Assembly (NCBI RefSeq): GCF_049075655.1
Contig: NZ_CP157522.1
Span: forward strand, 192,001 to 256,000
Source: Methanothermococcus sp. Ax23
GTDB lineage: Archaea; AGJL01; Methanococci; Methanococcales; Methanococcaceae
Reading direction: 5' to 3'
DNA: 64,000 nt
Part shown: piece after piece, positions 21,839 to 32,670 of the stretch
How positions within the stretch are numbered: the stretch's first letter is position 1
How the letters are laid out: each line of letters begins with the position of its first letter
Notes under the pieces: generated by a model
The model's database searches: none
Told to the model about the DNA's origin: nothing
The model's input: only the letters and a program-made list of their open reading frames with translations
Translations under genes and position numbers: made by a program

Positions 21839-23071
21839 TTACTGAATTACTCCGTATCCAATCAATCTCCATCTTGAACCTATTCTTCTACTCATTGCTA
21901 CTCTGTCTCCTTTATCGGCACATATTGGGAGTTTTAATTTTATATCTGCAATATCATCCCTTGCGGAGAGTATCACACCAACGGTTGTTGCTGTTCCAAC
22001 ATTCAACATTAATACTTCATTTGATTTCAATGGCTCAATTACCAATTCCTCTTTTGCACCAACGATTCTTTCAAGGAGATGTGCCTTTATGGTGATTTTA
22101 TCCAATGTTTCAGGTAGTGTTCCAGGTTCTCCTGCAACGCTTCCGCTGAGAGCATCTGATTTTGTAAGGGCAGGGTCGAGCTCCGTTCCAACCCCTACCA
22201 ATCCACCAGGATATGCCTTTTTAACCTTAGTCCCTCCAACTCCAAGAGAAGTTATTTTTGTAATAATCGGTTCCCAATAGGTTTTGTTTCCCTCTGTGAT
22301 TTTTAAACCCGGTTTTATTTCAATTTCCTTTCCAACTTCGAGAACTCCTTGAATAATACTTCCCCCTATAACACCACCTTTAAGGTCTTTTATTTCGCTT
22401 CCAGGTTTGTTAATGTCAAAACTTCTTGCAACATACATTCTTGCTGGGAGCTCCGCATCTCTCTCAGGTGTTGGTATAATGTCTTCAATTGCCTTTAAGA
22501 GAACATCAATATTTGCACCGTGGTGTGCTGAAACTGGAATAATCGGGGCATTTTCTGCAACGGTTCCCTTTACAAACTCTTTTATTTGTTTGTAGTTTTC
22601 CTTAGCTCTTTCTTCATCCACAAGGTCTATTTTGTTCTGGACAATTATTACATTTTTGATTCCCAAAGCATCCAATGCCATTAAATGCTCCTTTGTCTGT
22701 GGTTGTGGACATTCCTCGTTTGCTGCAATTACCAATATTGCACCGTCCATTAATGAAGCTCCTGAAAGCATTGTAGCCATAAGAGTTTCGTGTCCCGGTG
22801 CATCTACAAAGGATATTTTTCTAAGTGTTTTGGTTTTTGAACCACATCTTGGACATACTGGATTTACAGTATATGCCTCAGGCTCTGGACATTTTGGACA
22901 TTTTTTTATCTCGCAATCAGCATACCCCAATCTAATTGAGATACCTCTTTTTAATTCCTCACTGTGTGTATCTGTCCATACACCGGTTAGCTGTTTTGTT
23001 AAACTGGTTTTTCCATGGTCTACGTGTCCAACCATTCCAATATTTACTTCTGATTGTCTAGTCTTTGCCAT
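21839..23071 (-). CDS. eif2g: Translation initiation factor 2 gamma
   Basis: [33 protein letters not shown]. Confidence 0.98.
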   Translation of the reverse strand: MAKTRQSEVNIGMVGHVDHGKTSLTKQLTGVWTDTHSEELKRGISIRLGYADCEIKKCPKCPEPEAYTVNPVCPRCGSKTKTLRKISFVDAPGHETLMATMLSGASLMDGAILVIAANEECPQPQTKEHLMALDALGIKNVIIVQNKIDLVDEERAKENYKQIKEFVKGTVAENAPIIPVSAHHGANIDVLLKAIEDIIPTPERDAELPARMYVARSFDINKPGSEIKDLKGGVIGGSIIQGVLEVGKEIEIKPGLKITEGNKTYWEPIITKITSLGVGGTKVKKAYPGGLVGVGTELDPALTKSDALSGSVAGEPGTLPETLDKITIKAHLLERIVGAKEELVIEPLKSNEVLMLNVGTATTVGVILSARDDIADIKLKLPICADKGDRVAMSRRIGSRWRLIGYGVIQ

Positions 23072-23301
23072 ACTATCCCTCTAAATATTTTTTATTTTTG
23101 GTTCCGCATTTGTGAGTGCATGATTATAATTGGAATATTATAATAAGAATAATAAAAGAGAATTAGCATTGTATATTCTATCTTTTATCAAATTCATTAA
23201 CATCATATACCATTTATACGACACCATATATATAATTTACATCAAATAAGAAAAATAATTAGAACATATCCTACAATTACAAAATATAATTTGGTGGAAT
23301 T

Positions 23302-24165
23302 ATGGACAGTATGAAATCCTCCGCAGTATCTCTTGCATCGGGAACAATCATAAATGCAATAGCCACAGGAAAAGGCTCAGCATTTGGTATTGATTTAAAG
23401 GTAAAAGCAACTGTCGAGCTCATAGATGATGGCAAAAAACACATAGTGGGAAAGGTAAAAGACCACCCAAATGTAAAGACAAATCTCATAGAAACATGCG
23501 TAAAAAATGTTTTAGATTATTTTAAGCTGGATTATTCGGCGAAAGTCATTACAGAAACAGAAATTCCAATAAAATCAGGTTTAAGCAGTAGCAGTGCAAC
23601 ATCAAATGCAGTGGTTTTGGCAACCTTCGGAGCTCTGAACGAAAAAATAGACGACAAACTTATACTTGATTTGGCAATAAAATCGTCATTTGATGAAGGT
23701 TTGACCATCACAGGAGCTTATGATGATGCTACGGCGTCATACTATGGTGGAATTACCATTACAGACAATTTAAATAGGGAAATAATTAAAAGAGATACAT
23801 TTAAAGAAGAAGATATAGATGTTTTGGTGCTTATGCCAAATTTAAATAAAAATGTAGATGTAAATAAGATGAAACTCTTAAAAAATTATGTTGAAGTGGC
23901 ATTTAACGAGTGTTTAAGTGGAAACTACTACAACGCACTATTTTTAAATGGAATTTTATACGCTTCTGCTCTTAACTTCCCAACAAACATTGCCATAGAA
24001 GCAGTTGAGTGCGGAGCTCTGACAGCAGGACTATCTGGAACAGGTCCATCATACATAGCATTAAGTTATAAGGATGACACTGAGAAAGTTAGGGGAGCTC
24101 TTGAAAAATACGGTAAGGTAATCACTACAAAGTTGAATAATAAGGGAGCTGAAATAATTGATTAA
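23302..24165 (+). CDS. aroK: Archaeal shikimate kinase (GHMP family)
   Basis: [35 protein letters not shown]. Confidence 0.93.
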   Translation: MDSMKSSAVSLASGTIINAIATGKGSAFGIDLKVKATVELIDDGKKHIVGKVKDHPNVKTNLIETCVKNVLDYFKLDYSAKVITETEIPIKSGLSSSSATSNAVVLATFGALNEKIDDKLILDLAIKSSFDEGLTITGAYDDATASYYGGITITDNLNREIIKRDTFKEEDIDVLVLMPNLNKNVDVNKMKLLKNYVEVAFNECLSGNYYNALFLNGILYASALNFPTNIAIEAVECGALTAGLSGTGPSYIALSYKDDTEKVRGALEKYGKVITTKLNNKGAEIID

Positions 24166-24252
24166 AAACTATAAAGATAAATATTAAGTAATAAAGTTAA
24201 AATAAATAATATTAAAATAAATTTAAAAAATAATAAAGGTAAAGGTGAAATA

Positions 24253-24945
24253 GTGGTAAATAAAGTTTATGGAATAGGTGTAGGACCAGGAGATGAAGAA
24301 CTATTGACTTTAAAAGCGGTAAGGATATTAAAAGAAGTAGATACAATCTTTGTTCCAATATCTAAAAAAGGAAAAACATCCGTAGCTTATGATATTATTA
24401 AAAATATTGTAGATGAAAATAAAAATATAGTGGAACTACTATTCCCAATGAGTAAAGATATAGAGTATTTAAAAAAACATTGGGAAGAGGCATTTAATAC
24501 CATCAAAAACGCAGAGGGGGAAGTGGCAGTAATTACAATAGGGGACCCGACCCTTTACAGCACCTTTTCTTATGTTTGGAATTATCTAAAAGAAAATAAT
24601 ATTCCTGTTGAGATTATAAACGGCATTCCTTCACCATTTGCAAGTGCAGGGAGGTTGAATATCCCACTTGTTGAAGGGGATGAAAACCTTGTAATACTTC
24701 CGCAGGGAAAGGATTTGGAAAAATATTTGGGAGTATTTGATACCATCGTAGTTATGAAGACTAAGAGTTTAGGGGAAAAACTTAGAGCTCTCCTTGATGA
24801 AGAACATAAAAATGATTATCTTGTTGGTATCGTGTGCAGAGCATGTTGCGAGAATGAGGAAATTCAAATTGGAAAAATCGATGAAATCAATTTTGATGAA
24901 GTTAATGAATATCTATCCCTTGCTGTGATTAAGAAGATTAAATAA
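24253..24945 (+). CDS. cbiL: Cobalt-precorrin-2 C20-methyltransferase
   Basis: GVGPGDEELLTLKA, FPMS, GDPTLYST, VMK. Confidence 0.9.
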   Translation: MVNKVYGIGVGPGDEELLTLKAVRILKEVDTIFVPISKKGKTSVAYDIIKNIVDENKNIVELLFPMSKDIEYLKKHWEEAFNTIKNAEGEVAVITIGDPTLYSTFSYVWNYLKENNIPVEIINGIPSPFASAGRLNIPLVEGDENLVILPQGKDLEKYLGVFDTIVVMKTKSLGEKLRALLDEEHKNDYLVGIVCRACCENEEIQIGKIDEINFDEVNEYLSLAVIKKIK

Positions 24946-24998
24946 TTAAAAAGCAGATTAAACGATTATTAATATAATAATTGTTTTTGCCTTTTGCA

Positions 24999-25241
24999 CT
25001 AATTCCCTAATTTTTTTAACCTTTTAAATATTATTCTTACAATGGTGGTTACTATGCCCAAAATTACTAATAATGCCAAGATATAATAAAAAATTACTAA
25101 AATATTTATAGATATGATTTTAATATTGTCAAATATGGGATTACATCCTTTTATGAAATCATATATCAGTAAATAACCCACACAAAAAGCTAAAAGTACT
25201 AATAGAACCCTAAATTTGGTTATTCCCACATAAATCACCAT
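24999..25241 (-). CDS. Small two-TM membrane protein
   Basis: Two hydrophobic stretches, basic tail; true start may be GTG at 25229. Confidence 0.55.
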   Translation of the reverse strand: MVIYVGITKFRVLLVLLAFCVGYLLIYDFIKGCNPIFDNIKIISINILVIFYYILALLVILGIVTTIVRIIFKRLKKLGN

Positions 25242-25280
25242 TTAATAAATTAAAAATAAAGAAGTGAAAGGTCAGTATTA

Positions 25281-26135
25281 TTAATTAATATTTACTTTAC
25301 ACATATCATAATCAGAGTCTCCAGTGCCCCAAATAGCACCGGTAATTGAATCACTAGATCTAAACTCAAAGCTTCCACTTTTACTGTATCTAACTTTTAT
25401 AATGGTTTTTTTCTTATATTCTTCATATAACCCTGTGGAGCTCCACAATAACAAAGTACAAGGGCCTTCTACAAAGGAATTATCTAATCCTTGTTCTGGA
25501 ACTATATATATCTCTCCAGATTTTAAATGTTTAATATAATTTGGATTTACGCCGTCAATAACGCCCTTATATTCAACACCCTCAGGTATTCTTAAATAAT
25601 AAATTGTTGTAGGTATTATTAAACCATTAGCTTTATTATCTACATCTATTGTAATTGACCCATAACTATTAATTGAAGTATAATATTTATCGGGATATAT
25701 ATCTACTGTTGCAGTAGGATGCGGTATCCTCAAATCTATACCTTTGGTGGATAACATTGTGGATTTTTCAAATAATTTAGAGCTTATATGTTCAATAGGA
25801 TTATAAGTTGTTTTCATTGTTGTGTATTTTTTACCATCCACATACATTTCAGTTAAATATGTGTCTTTTACTTTTTTAGTTATGAATTTATAGTTTATTG
25901 TTTTTCCTGTTTTCTTATCCATTATTTTAAGAGTAGCAACTTTTCCATTTGTATGATAGGTTATGAGATTTCCATTAACATTTACTATTTGGTCTGTTGG
26001 CGTATTTTTTACTACCTCAACATCTACCTTCTGCATTTCAATATTTTTGTTATTTTCCACACTAATAGCACTTACAGATGCAATTGTGGAACATACAATT
26101 AATATTCCAAATAAAAAGGATAAAATCTTTTTCAT
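25281..26135 (-). CDS. Exported hypothetical protein
   Basis: Signal peptide MKKILSFLFGILIVCSTIASVSA; beta-rich. Confidence 0.8.
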   Translation of the reverse strand: MKKILSFLFGILIVCSTIASVSAISVENNKNIEMQKVDVEVVKNTPTDQIVNVNGNLITYHTNGKVATLKIMDKKTGKTINYKFITKKVKDTYLTEMYVDGKKYTTMKTTYNPIEHISSKLFEKSTMLSTKGIDLRIPHPTATVDIYPDKYYTSINSYGSITIDVDNKANGLIIPTTIYYLRIPEGVEYKGVIDGVNPNYIKHLKSGEIYIVPEQGLDNSFVEGPCTLLLWSSTGLYEEYKKKTIIKVRYSKSGSFEFRSSDSITGAIWGTGDSDYDMCKVNIN

Positions 26136-26185
26136 ATTCTACACCCCAATTTATTATTTTGGTTAGGAAATACCTTATCATTTGA

Positions 26186-26248
26186 TTATCTACTTAACGT
26201 TCCTACCTCACTTAAATATACAATTCTATTACTGTTTTCAAATTCCAT
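26186..26248 (-). CDS. Putative 20-aa peptide or truncated gene
   Basis: Strong RBS GGGGGTGAT then ATG; MEFENSNRIVYLSEVGTLSR. Confidence 0.3.
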   Translation of the reverse strand: MEFENSNRIVYLSEVGTLSR

Positions 26249-26311
26249 ATATCACCCCCATAATTTTACAAAAATAACTTTTTCTTTTCCATATATTTAA
26301 AATTTTCTATA

Positions 26312-26401
26312 TATAATTATTATGATATTTCATAAAAATTATGTTTTTTTATAATTATTATGATGAATCATAAAATTTTATGGTTAAGCATAATTATTAT
26401 G
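26312..26401. promoter_or_regulatory. Five phased palindromic operator-like sites (C/T)ATAA-N3-4-TTATG
   Basis: Starts at 26312, 26331, 26350, 26369, 26389; just upstream of a minus-strand TATA (TTTAAATATA, ~26291-26300). Confidence 0.7.
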
Positions 26402-26470
26402 ATACTTTATAAATCGAAAGAATTAAGAATATGGATATAGAAGTATTAAAAAATAAATAAAAATAAACAT

Positions 26471-27250
26471 CTAAATCTTATCAATTTCCTTAGATTTATT
26501 TAAATAATAACCAAATAACTCCCTCCCCCACATTAAAGCATTTTTATCATAAGATATTAAAAATTCACTTACATCATAAACACCATTTTTAAAATACAAA
26601 GAAAGATATAAAAACCTATCAGAAACTACCATAGCTAATTTTGCATCTTTGACAACATACATTTTTGCATTGCCTAACTCCAAATATTCGTTGAGCTCTT
26701 TGGGATTTTTCTCTTTCACCTTATTAAATACATTTTCAGTTAAAATTAAATAGATATTTTTGCCAGTTTTTGCAAGTTTTAAAAACGTCAAAGGATAATC
26801 TGGATGATAAATAGATGAGATTCCATATATATTATCCGATACCTCAATATTCCTTATAAATCCTTCATGAAGTTCATAAATACCTTCTAATGGATTTTTT
26901 ACAACTTCACAACTTTCTAACTCATAAATTCTTTTTAATAAGTTGTTAGGAATTGGTGAAATATCGTGATTATTCCAGAAATCCATATACTTTTCAACAA
27001 TATCCGCCCCCAACATAAATCCAAGAAATAATTCTTTAACTAACTTTCCAGATTCAGTTAATGAGTATTTTCCATTTTTAGATTTAACTAACTCCTCATA
27101 CTCAAGTTTTCTTAGATATGGTAAGAGATTTGATGGTGTTATATCAAGAGTTTTTGATAACTCTGCAAGTGATTTTGAAACATCTGAAAGCTCTAAAATT
27201 ATTTTACATCTTTTTTCAGAAGTTATTAATAATTTTAATAACCTTTGCAA
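26471..27250 (-). CDS. Winged-helix regulator (ArsR-like HTH plus DUF1724/FilR1-type domain)
   Basis: SEKRCKIIL...YSLTESG, FWNNHDISPIP..LL.RI.EL, ALMWGRELF; TTG start after GAGGGGG. Confidence 0.85.
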   Translation of the reverse strand: MQRLLKLLITSEKRCKIILELSDVSKSLAELSKTLDITPSNLLPYLRKLEYEELVKSKNGKYSLTESGKLVKELFLGFMLGADIVEKYMDFWNNHDISPIPNNLLKRIYELESCEVVKNPLEGIYELHEGFIRNIEVSDNIYGISSIYHPDYPLTFLKLAKTGKNIYLILTENVFNKVKEKNPKELNEYLELGNAKMYVVKDAKLAMVVSDRFLYLSLYFKNGVYDVSEFLISYDKNALMWGRELFGYYLNKSKEIDKI

Positions 27251-27352
27251 AAATATCCCCCTCAAATCTTTTAGCCTAATATATTTGGAAAAAATATATA
27301 TTTTTATCATTAAAAGTAATAAATGGAAAAGTATTTAAAAAAATTTTAAAAA

Positions 27353-28465
27353 TTATTCAACAATCTCCTTCAAAATCTCCAAAAACCTCTCATCCTCTTC
27401 AAAAGTTCCAATAGCAACCCTTACATAATTATCTCCAAGACCTTCAAATGAATAACAGTCCCTTACAATTACCCCTCTTTTCAAGAGCTCCTCACAAAAC
27501 TCACCTGAGCTCATGCCATTTTTAACCTCAACTAACAAATAGTTTGCCTCAGATGGATAAACTCTTAATTCTTTAAACTTCTTCAATCCTTCGTATAATA
27601 TTTCTCTGCTCCTTATACCGTCATTTTTTGATTTATTGAAAAATTCCTTATCTCTTAGTGCTGTGATGGCACAGATTTGGCTTAATCTTGTTAAACTGAA
27701 TATTGGTTTAACCCTCATCATATAATCTACGATTTTTTTACTTGTGATGCCGTAGCCAATTCTCTGACCTGCTAAACCAAATACCTTTGAAAATGTTCTT
27801 AATACTAAAACATTGTCATACTTCAATGCCCATTCTGTTAAATCGTATTCCTCTTTTGAGTATTCAATATAGGCGTGGTCTATTACCACCAACGCATCGG
27901 TTGAATTTATGATTTTTTCAATGTCCTTTTTATCAATTATATTTCCTGTTGGGTTGTTTGGGGTGCATAGGAATATAATTTTTGTTTTATCTGTAATATT
28001 GTTTAAAACACTATCAACATCCAATTCAAAATCCTTTTCCTTGTCAAATTTTGCATATTTTACATTTGCACCATATATTTTTGCAGATATTCTATACTGT
28101 GTAAAGGTAGGTATTGGAATAATTACCTCATCACCATTATCAATTAATATTCTCATCATTGTGTCTATTATCTCATCTGCACCATCTCCACCAACAATAA
28201 TATTTTCCTTCGGAGCTCCTGTGAATTTGGAGAGCTCTTCCATAAGTATTGGATTTACAGGCTCTGGGTATTGGTGGAGTTTTGGAATCTCTTTTAATAT
28301 TTCATCCTTTATTTTTGGAGAACATCCCCATGGATTTTCATTTGAACCTAATTTTATAATATCGTCTGGATTTATTCCGTAAGTTCTTGCTATTTCTTCC
28401 TTTGATTTTCCAGGAACATAAGCTTTAAAGGATTTTACTACATCTCTTATTTTATTATCTATCAT
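27353..28465 (-). CDS. hisC: Histidinol-phosphate aminotransferase
   Basis: [28 protein letters not shown]. Confidence 0.95.
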   Translation of the reverse strand: MIDNKIRDVVKSFKAYVPGKSKEEIARTYGINPDDIIKLGSNENPWGCSPKIKDEILKEIPKLHQYPEPVNPILMEELSKFTGAPKENIIVGGDGADEIIDTMMRILIDNGDEVIIPIPTFTQYRISAKIYGANVKYAKFDKEKDFELDVDSVLNNITDKTKIIFLCTPNNPTGNIIDKKDIEKIINSTDALVVIDHAYIEYSKEEYDLTEWALKYDNVLVLRTFSKVFGLAGQRIGYGITSKKIVDYMMRVKPIFSLTRLSQICAITALRDKEFFNKSKNDGIRSREILYEGLKKFKELRVYPSEANYLLVEVKNGMSSGEFCEELLKRGVIVRDCYSFEGLGDNYVRVAIGTFEEDERFLEILKEIVE

Positions 28466-28889
28466 ATAATCACCGTCATTTGATAATACACATACATTAT
28501 AAAGTGCAATTAGTGATTTTAATGTAATTCTTACTTTATAATTATATTTGTATCTATGATATGCAAAAGTGGAATTATTATATTGGTAAATAATGCAACC
28601 ACAGAATATATAATACTTATCAATTTTTATTAAAGGAATTAGAGGTTAGAAAATATTGGATAATGTTAAGACAATATTAAATAAACTTGAAAATAACATC
28701 TATTGAAACAATAACCCATTATATACTTATTAATCGATATATAATCAAATATGCCACATCAATCACGTTTAAATAACTAGGTGTATGTGTAGATATTCCA
28801 CAATATATGGGAGTGAAAATTACTAATTTTTTATCATATATTTAATTTTTTATACCTATTTTAAAAATGAATAAAAAATAAGAATCTAA

Positions 28890-29234
28890 TTATAATGCAC
28901 TTTTAACCTTTTCAGTGCTTCTCTTCATGGATATTCTAATCAACCCCAAATTTACCTTAGCATCGGTTAAAACAACCAAAATACCTTCTCCTGCATCAGT
29001 CATTAATGTTTTTCCATACTCCCCTTCAATCATCATCTGTTGTAAGTTCCCCTGATTTATCTCTGATGCCGTTCTTTCAGCCGAACCATATGCTGCAGAT
29101 GCCATAGCACCAATTAATTCCGTATCTATGCCTGATGGCATTTGAGCTGCAATTACGAGTCCGTCTTTACCTACAACCATTGAACCTTTTATACCTTCGG
29201 TTTTGTTCAAATCTGACAGTATTCTATCTATCAT
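28890..29234 (-). CDS. Roadblock/LC7 protein (MglB-like)
   Basis: [19 protein letters not shown]. Confidence 0.92.
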   Translation of the reverse strand: MIDRILSDLNKTEGIKGSMVVGKDGLVIAAQMPSGIDTELIGAMASAAYGSAERTASEINQGNLQQMMIEGEYGKTLMTDAGEGILVVLTDAKVNLGLIRISMKRSTEKVKSAL

Positions 29235-29377
29235 GGTTTCACCATTGGTTTTTATAGGATATGTTCCTATTAATTATTTAAATATCTTTTGATTTATTTC
29301 AAACGATATGATGCCCTTAGAATTGTGATTTTCTTTATTTTGAACGAAGTGTGGGAATTATAGTTTTTTGTTATTCC

Positions 29378-29857
29378 TCATACATCGAGATTGGCAAAAA
29401 TATTTTTTAATTCATCAAAACCTTTATTTTTTAGTGCCGAACCTTCGACGATATGATAATAATTATTACATAAAACTTCAATTTCTTTTTTTAATTCTTC
29501 AAGTTTCTTTTTATCTACAATGTCTATTTTATTTATAAATATGATATAAGGTATTCTTTTGGAACATAATTTATCAATTATTTTTTTATCCAGTTTATTT
29601 AGTCCAGCGGCGGCATCTAAAACCAGTAATACAAAATCCACTCCATTTAATGCCAATTCCCTCATAAATTCAAACCGTTCCTGCCCCGGAGTGCCAAATA
29701 AATGTAATTTTCTTCCATTTATTACCGTATTTCCATAATCTATTGCTACTGTGGTTCCATTATGTTCTACTTTACCTATGTTTCCAATTAAATTTTCCAT
29801 TAATGTGGTTTTCCCCACATCTTCGGAACCCATGACAACAATTTTTATTTCTTTCAT
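29378..29857 (-). CDS. Small GTPase (MglA-like)
   Basis: GSEDVGKTT, TTVAIDYG, GTPGQERF, NKID, SA. Confidence 0.92.
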   Translation of the reverse strand: MKEIKIVVMGSEDVGKTTLMENLIGNIGKVEHNGTTVAIDYGNTVINGRKLHLFGTPGQERFEFMRELALNGVDFVLLVLDAAAGLNKLDKKIIDKLCSKRIPYIIFINKIDIVDKKKLEELKKEIEVLCNNYYHIVEGSALKNKGFDELKNIFANLDV

Positions 29858-29866
29858 AATACTCCC

Positions 29867-30895
29867 TTAATCCGTGAATAACTTTCTCATACTCCGTTTA
29901 ATAGCTCCATTTGCCGCAGCTCCCCCAATCAATGTTCTAAGTTCTTTCACAAGTGCCTGAGCTGCAACAAGTGTTGTTGGATTTATTGTTGCATTTTGAG
30001 ATTCGCTTAATAATTTTTCATCTAAATTATTTAATATGTCTAACGCATCGTCTAATTCTTTCTGTTCTTCCAATAGGTGCATGGATGATGCACTTTTTAT
30101 AAGTAATTCTGGATTTATGGCTTTTAGAAGCCCTTTAACTCCCGAGGTTTCCACAAGTGAAGCCATTGTTTGAAGTGTCATGATAATTTGCTGTTCAATC
30201 ATTTTTTCCGGAGCTCCTATAACATTTTTACCCACACTATAATAATCTAAAACGCCAGCTAGTGCAACAGCAGTTACAAGAGAACCCATGTCTGCAACAG
30301 AGGATGAAACATCAGCAGGAACCACATAAGCTTTTTTATTGGCACTTTCTGCCAGTTCAACACATTTTTTTATCTGCTCATCAGTAGCATAATTTGTTCC
30401 ATCTGTTGAAGTTCCGCTTATCACATAATGGCTATGCTGTGGAGTTCCAGGAACCGCAGCAGGATGCATTGAAGATATACCCACATCCTTTCTTTTTGTT
30501 CTGAGCTCTACTTCAAGTGCAGCATATAAAACAGCGGGGGATATTGTGCATGTATTTGCTATAATGGCATTTTCCGGGAGGTGGGGAATTATATTTTTTG
30601 CTATTTCAATAGTTTTTTTTCCAAATGGTGTGAAAAATATGGCTATCTCCCCATGCCTTGCAGCTTCGATATCGTCTGAAACCACCTTAACCCCGGATTC
30701 TTCAACTTTTTTCCACATTTCCTCAGTTAGTATATTTTTGTTAGGTTCTGCAAGTACAACATCATGTCCTGCTTCTGCAAACTCCATGGCAATTCTACTT
30801 CCGCCATAAGGTGCCTCCCCACCATAATTTTCAGGTAAATTTAATTGATTTACATACAGGTTTTGGTTTCCTGCACCATATACTGAAATTTTCAT
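29867..30895 (-). CDS. Hmd paralogue (HmdII/III, H2-forming methylene-H4MPT dehydrogenase-related protein)
   Basis: YGAGNQNLY, PYGG, FTPFG, NTCT, SSMHPAAVPGTP. Confidence 0.9.
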   Translation of the reverse strand: MKISVYGAGNQNLYVNQLNLPENYGGEAPYGGSRIAMEFAEAGHDVVLAEPNKNILTEEMWKKVEESGVKVVSDDIEAARHGEIAIFFTPFGKKTIEIAKNIIPHLPENAIIANTCTISPAVLYAALEVELRTKRKDVGISSMHPAAVPGTPQHSHYVISGTSTDGTNYATDEQIKKCVELAESANKKAYVVPADVSSSVADMGSLVTAVALAGVLDYYSVGKNVIGAPEKMIEQQIIMTLQTMASLVETSGVKGLLKAINPELLIKSASSMHLLEEQKELDDALDILNNLDEKLLSESQNATINPTTLVAAQALVKELRTLIGGAAANGAIKRSMRKLFTD

Positions 30896-31123
30896 AATAT
30901 ACCTCCTCTATTGAACTAAATAAAATAATATTGTATCAATTGTTTATAAATGTTTTATTATAATTATGCATCAATCATACAAAAAAGAATATGGTAGTTA
31001 TAATTATAAAGAGACTAAACTCGAAGCAGAAGCCGAAATTTAATCTTTTGACTTTATATTACTTCACTAGGATATTAATCGAATCAAAGGAATACATTTA
31101 ACATTGACTAAATATATTCCTAA

Positions 31124-32173
31124 TTATATTTTTTCAATTACTAAGATTCCATCACTTAAAGATGTGTGTTTAAAATCATAGCCCATAGATTCCAAGGTAT
31201 CCAATATTTCTTTTTTCGAATGATAGTTTTTAAAAAATTTATTTAATCTATTATAAAACTCAAATAATTCAACATTTATATCAGAAGCTGTATCTTTAAA
31301 GAATTCCTCTGCAATAAATAGTTTACCTCCTGAACGCAGAGCATCCATCATCTTTTTGAGGAATATCTTTGGTGATGAAGCATACTTTAGTGTATATGTG
31401 CATATAACATAATCGTATTTATTTTTAATTATTGCATCGCAAAAATCCATATGTTTTAATAATACACTGCCATTATCCCATCTTTTAGTTCTTATTTCAG
31501 CTATTTTCAGTAAATTTTTTGATATATCTATGCCAGTATATTTTCCCCTAGGGAATATTTTGGAGATATAAAATTCAGGAGACCTAGAACCACAACCTAC
31601 ATCCAATATATAATCGCCATTTTCTAAACCTAAATATTTCGCAGCAATATTTCTACATGATTTCAAATATGAGGTATTTAGTATTATGTCCCAAATATCA
31701 GCGTCTTCTATAAAATTAAGCAATATTTTTGGATGGTTATATCCTATAAGGGCATATTTAGATAACTTAGTCATATGGTCGTAGTTTATTGAATAATCTT
31801 CCATAAATTTGTCGTATTCTGGATGCTTTATAATTATTTTTTTATCCCTATTTAGTTCTAAACTACCATTTTCGTTTTGATATATTATCTCTAATTTTAT
31901 GGCAGTTTTTATGTAGTCATTGAGAAAATCATTGTTGGGATAACCTAGAAGTGAATTTACTTCATTTATTTTTGGTTTATATTTATCAATTACGCCATAT
32001 ATTCCAAAATCCATGCCCTGCTTAAAAAATGCTACCAGTAATTCATTACTTAAATATTTTATGGTAAAATCCATGGATTTAAGTGCAGCATTTATGTCAT
32101 CTATTTTATATTCATATTCGTAACTACTCCTCCCAACTATGTCCTGTATTCTATGATTAAAATTAATTCCCAT
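31124..32173 (-). CDS. Class I SAM-dependent methyltransferase
   Basis: ILDVGCGS, YTGIDIS, LRSGG; ATG 32173 after GGTGA. Confidence 0.88.
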   Translation of the reverse strand: MGINFNHRIQDIVGRSSYEYEYKIDDINAALKSMDFTIKYLSNELLVAFFKQGMDFGIYGVIDKYKPKINEVNSLLGYPNNDFLNDYIKTAIKLEIIYQNENGSLELNRDKKIIIKHPEYDKFMEDYSINYDHMTKLSKYALIGYNHPKILLNFIEDADIWDIILNTSYLKSCRNIAAKYLGLENGDYILDVGCGSRSPEFYISKIFPRGKYTGIDISKNLLKIAEIRTKRWDNGSVLLKHMDFCDAIIKNKYDYVICTYTLKYASSPKIFLKKMMDALRSGGKLFIAEEFFKDTASDINVELFEFYNRLNKFFKNYHSKKEILDTLESMGYDFKHTSLSDGILVIEKI

Positions 32174-32177
32174 AATA

Positions 32178-32510
32178 TCACCACTTATCAATTGAATCAT
32201 AATCTTTTAGGTATTCAACAACATTTTTTCCATAATTAGTTATTACATAGATTTTCATGCCTGCTTCATCGATACACTCAACAAGACCCATCTCAATTAA
32301 TGAATAACTCCCATTGTATCGATTCCCCATTCCTTTTAGACATCCCAATACATTGCTAGGGTCTGAACCCACCCATCTCGAGAGCTCTGAAAGATATACT
32401 CCCTGCGGGTGTATTTTATATAGGAAAAATAATATTTTTTTTCTTAATTTGCTTTTGTTTAATGACCTCAATATTGTGGGGTTGATAAATATCATATCTT
32501 TTGCCATCAT
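32178..32510 (-). CDS. earA: Archaellum operon activator EarA family wHTH protein
   Basis: RSLNKSKLRKKIL, YLSELSR, SDPSNVLG.L.GM..RY; gene context as in Methanococcus. Confidence 0.8.
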   Translation of the reverse strand: MMAKDMIFINPTILRSLNKSKLRKKILFFLYKIHPQGVYLSELSRWVGSDPSNVLGCLKGMGNRYNGSYSLIEMGLVECIDEAGMKIYVITNYGKNVVEYLKDYDSIDKW

Positions 32511-32670
32511 GCCGTCACACCTGAAGAGTATTATTTCTTAATAACATTATAATTCATATGCATACGATATTATTATGATTATAACATAGGTTAATGTCAT
32601 AGGTTATAAACCGATAATTATGATATAATTTATGATAATATAATAAATATGAATAAAATTGGAGATAATA

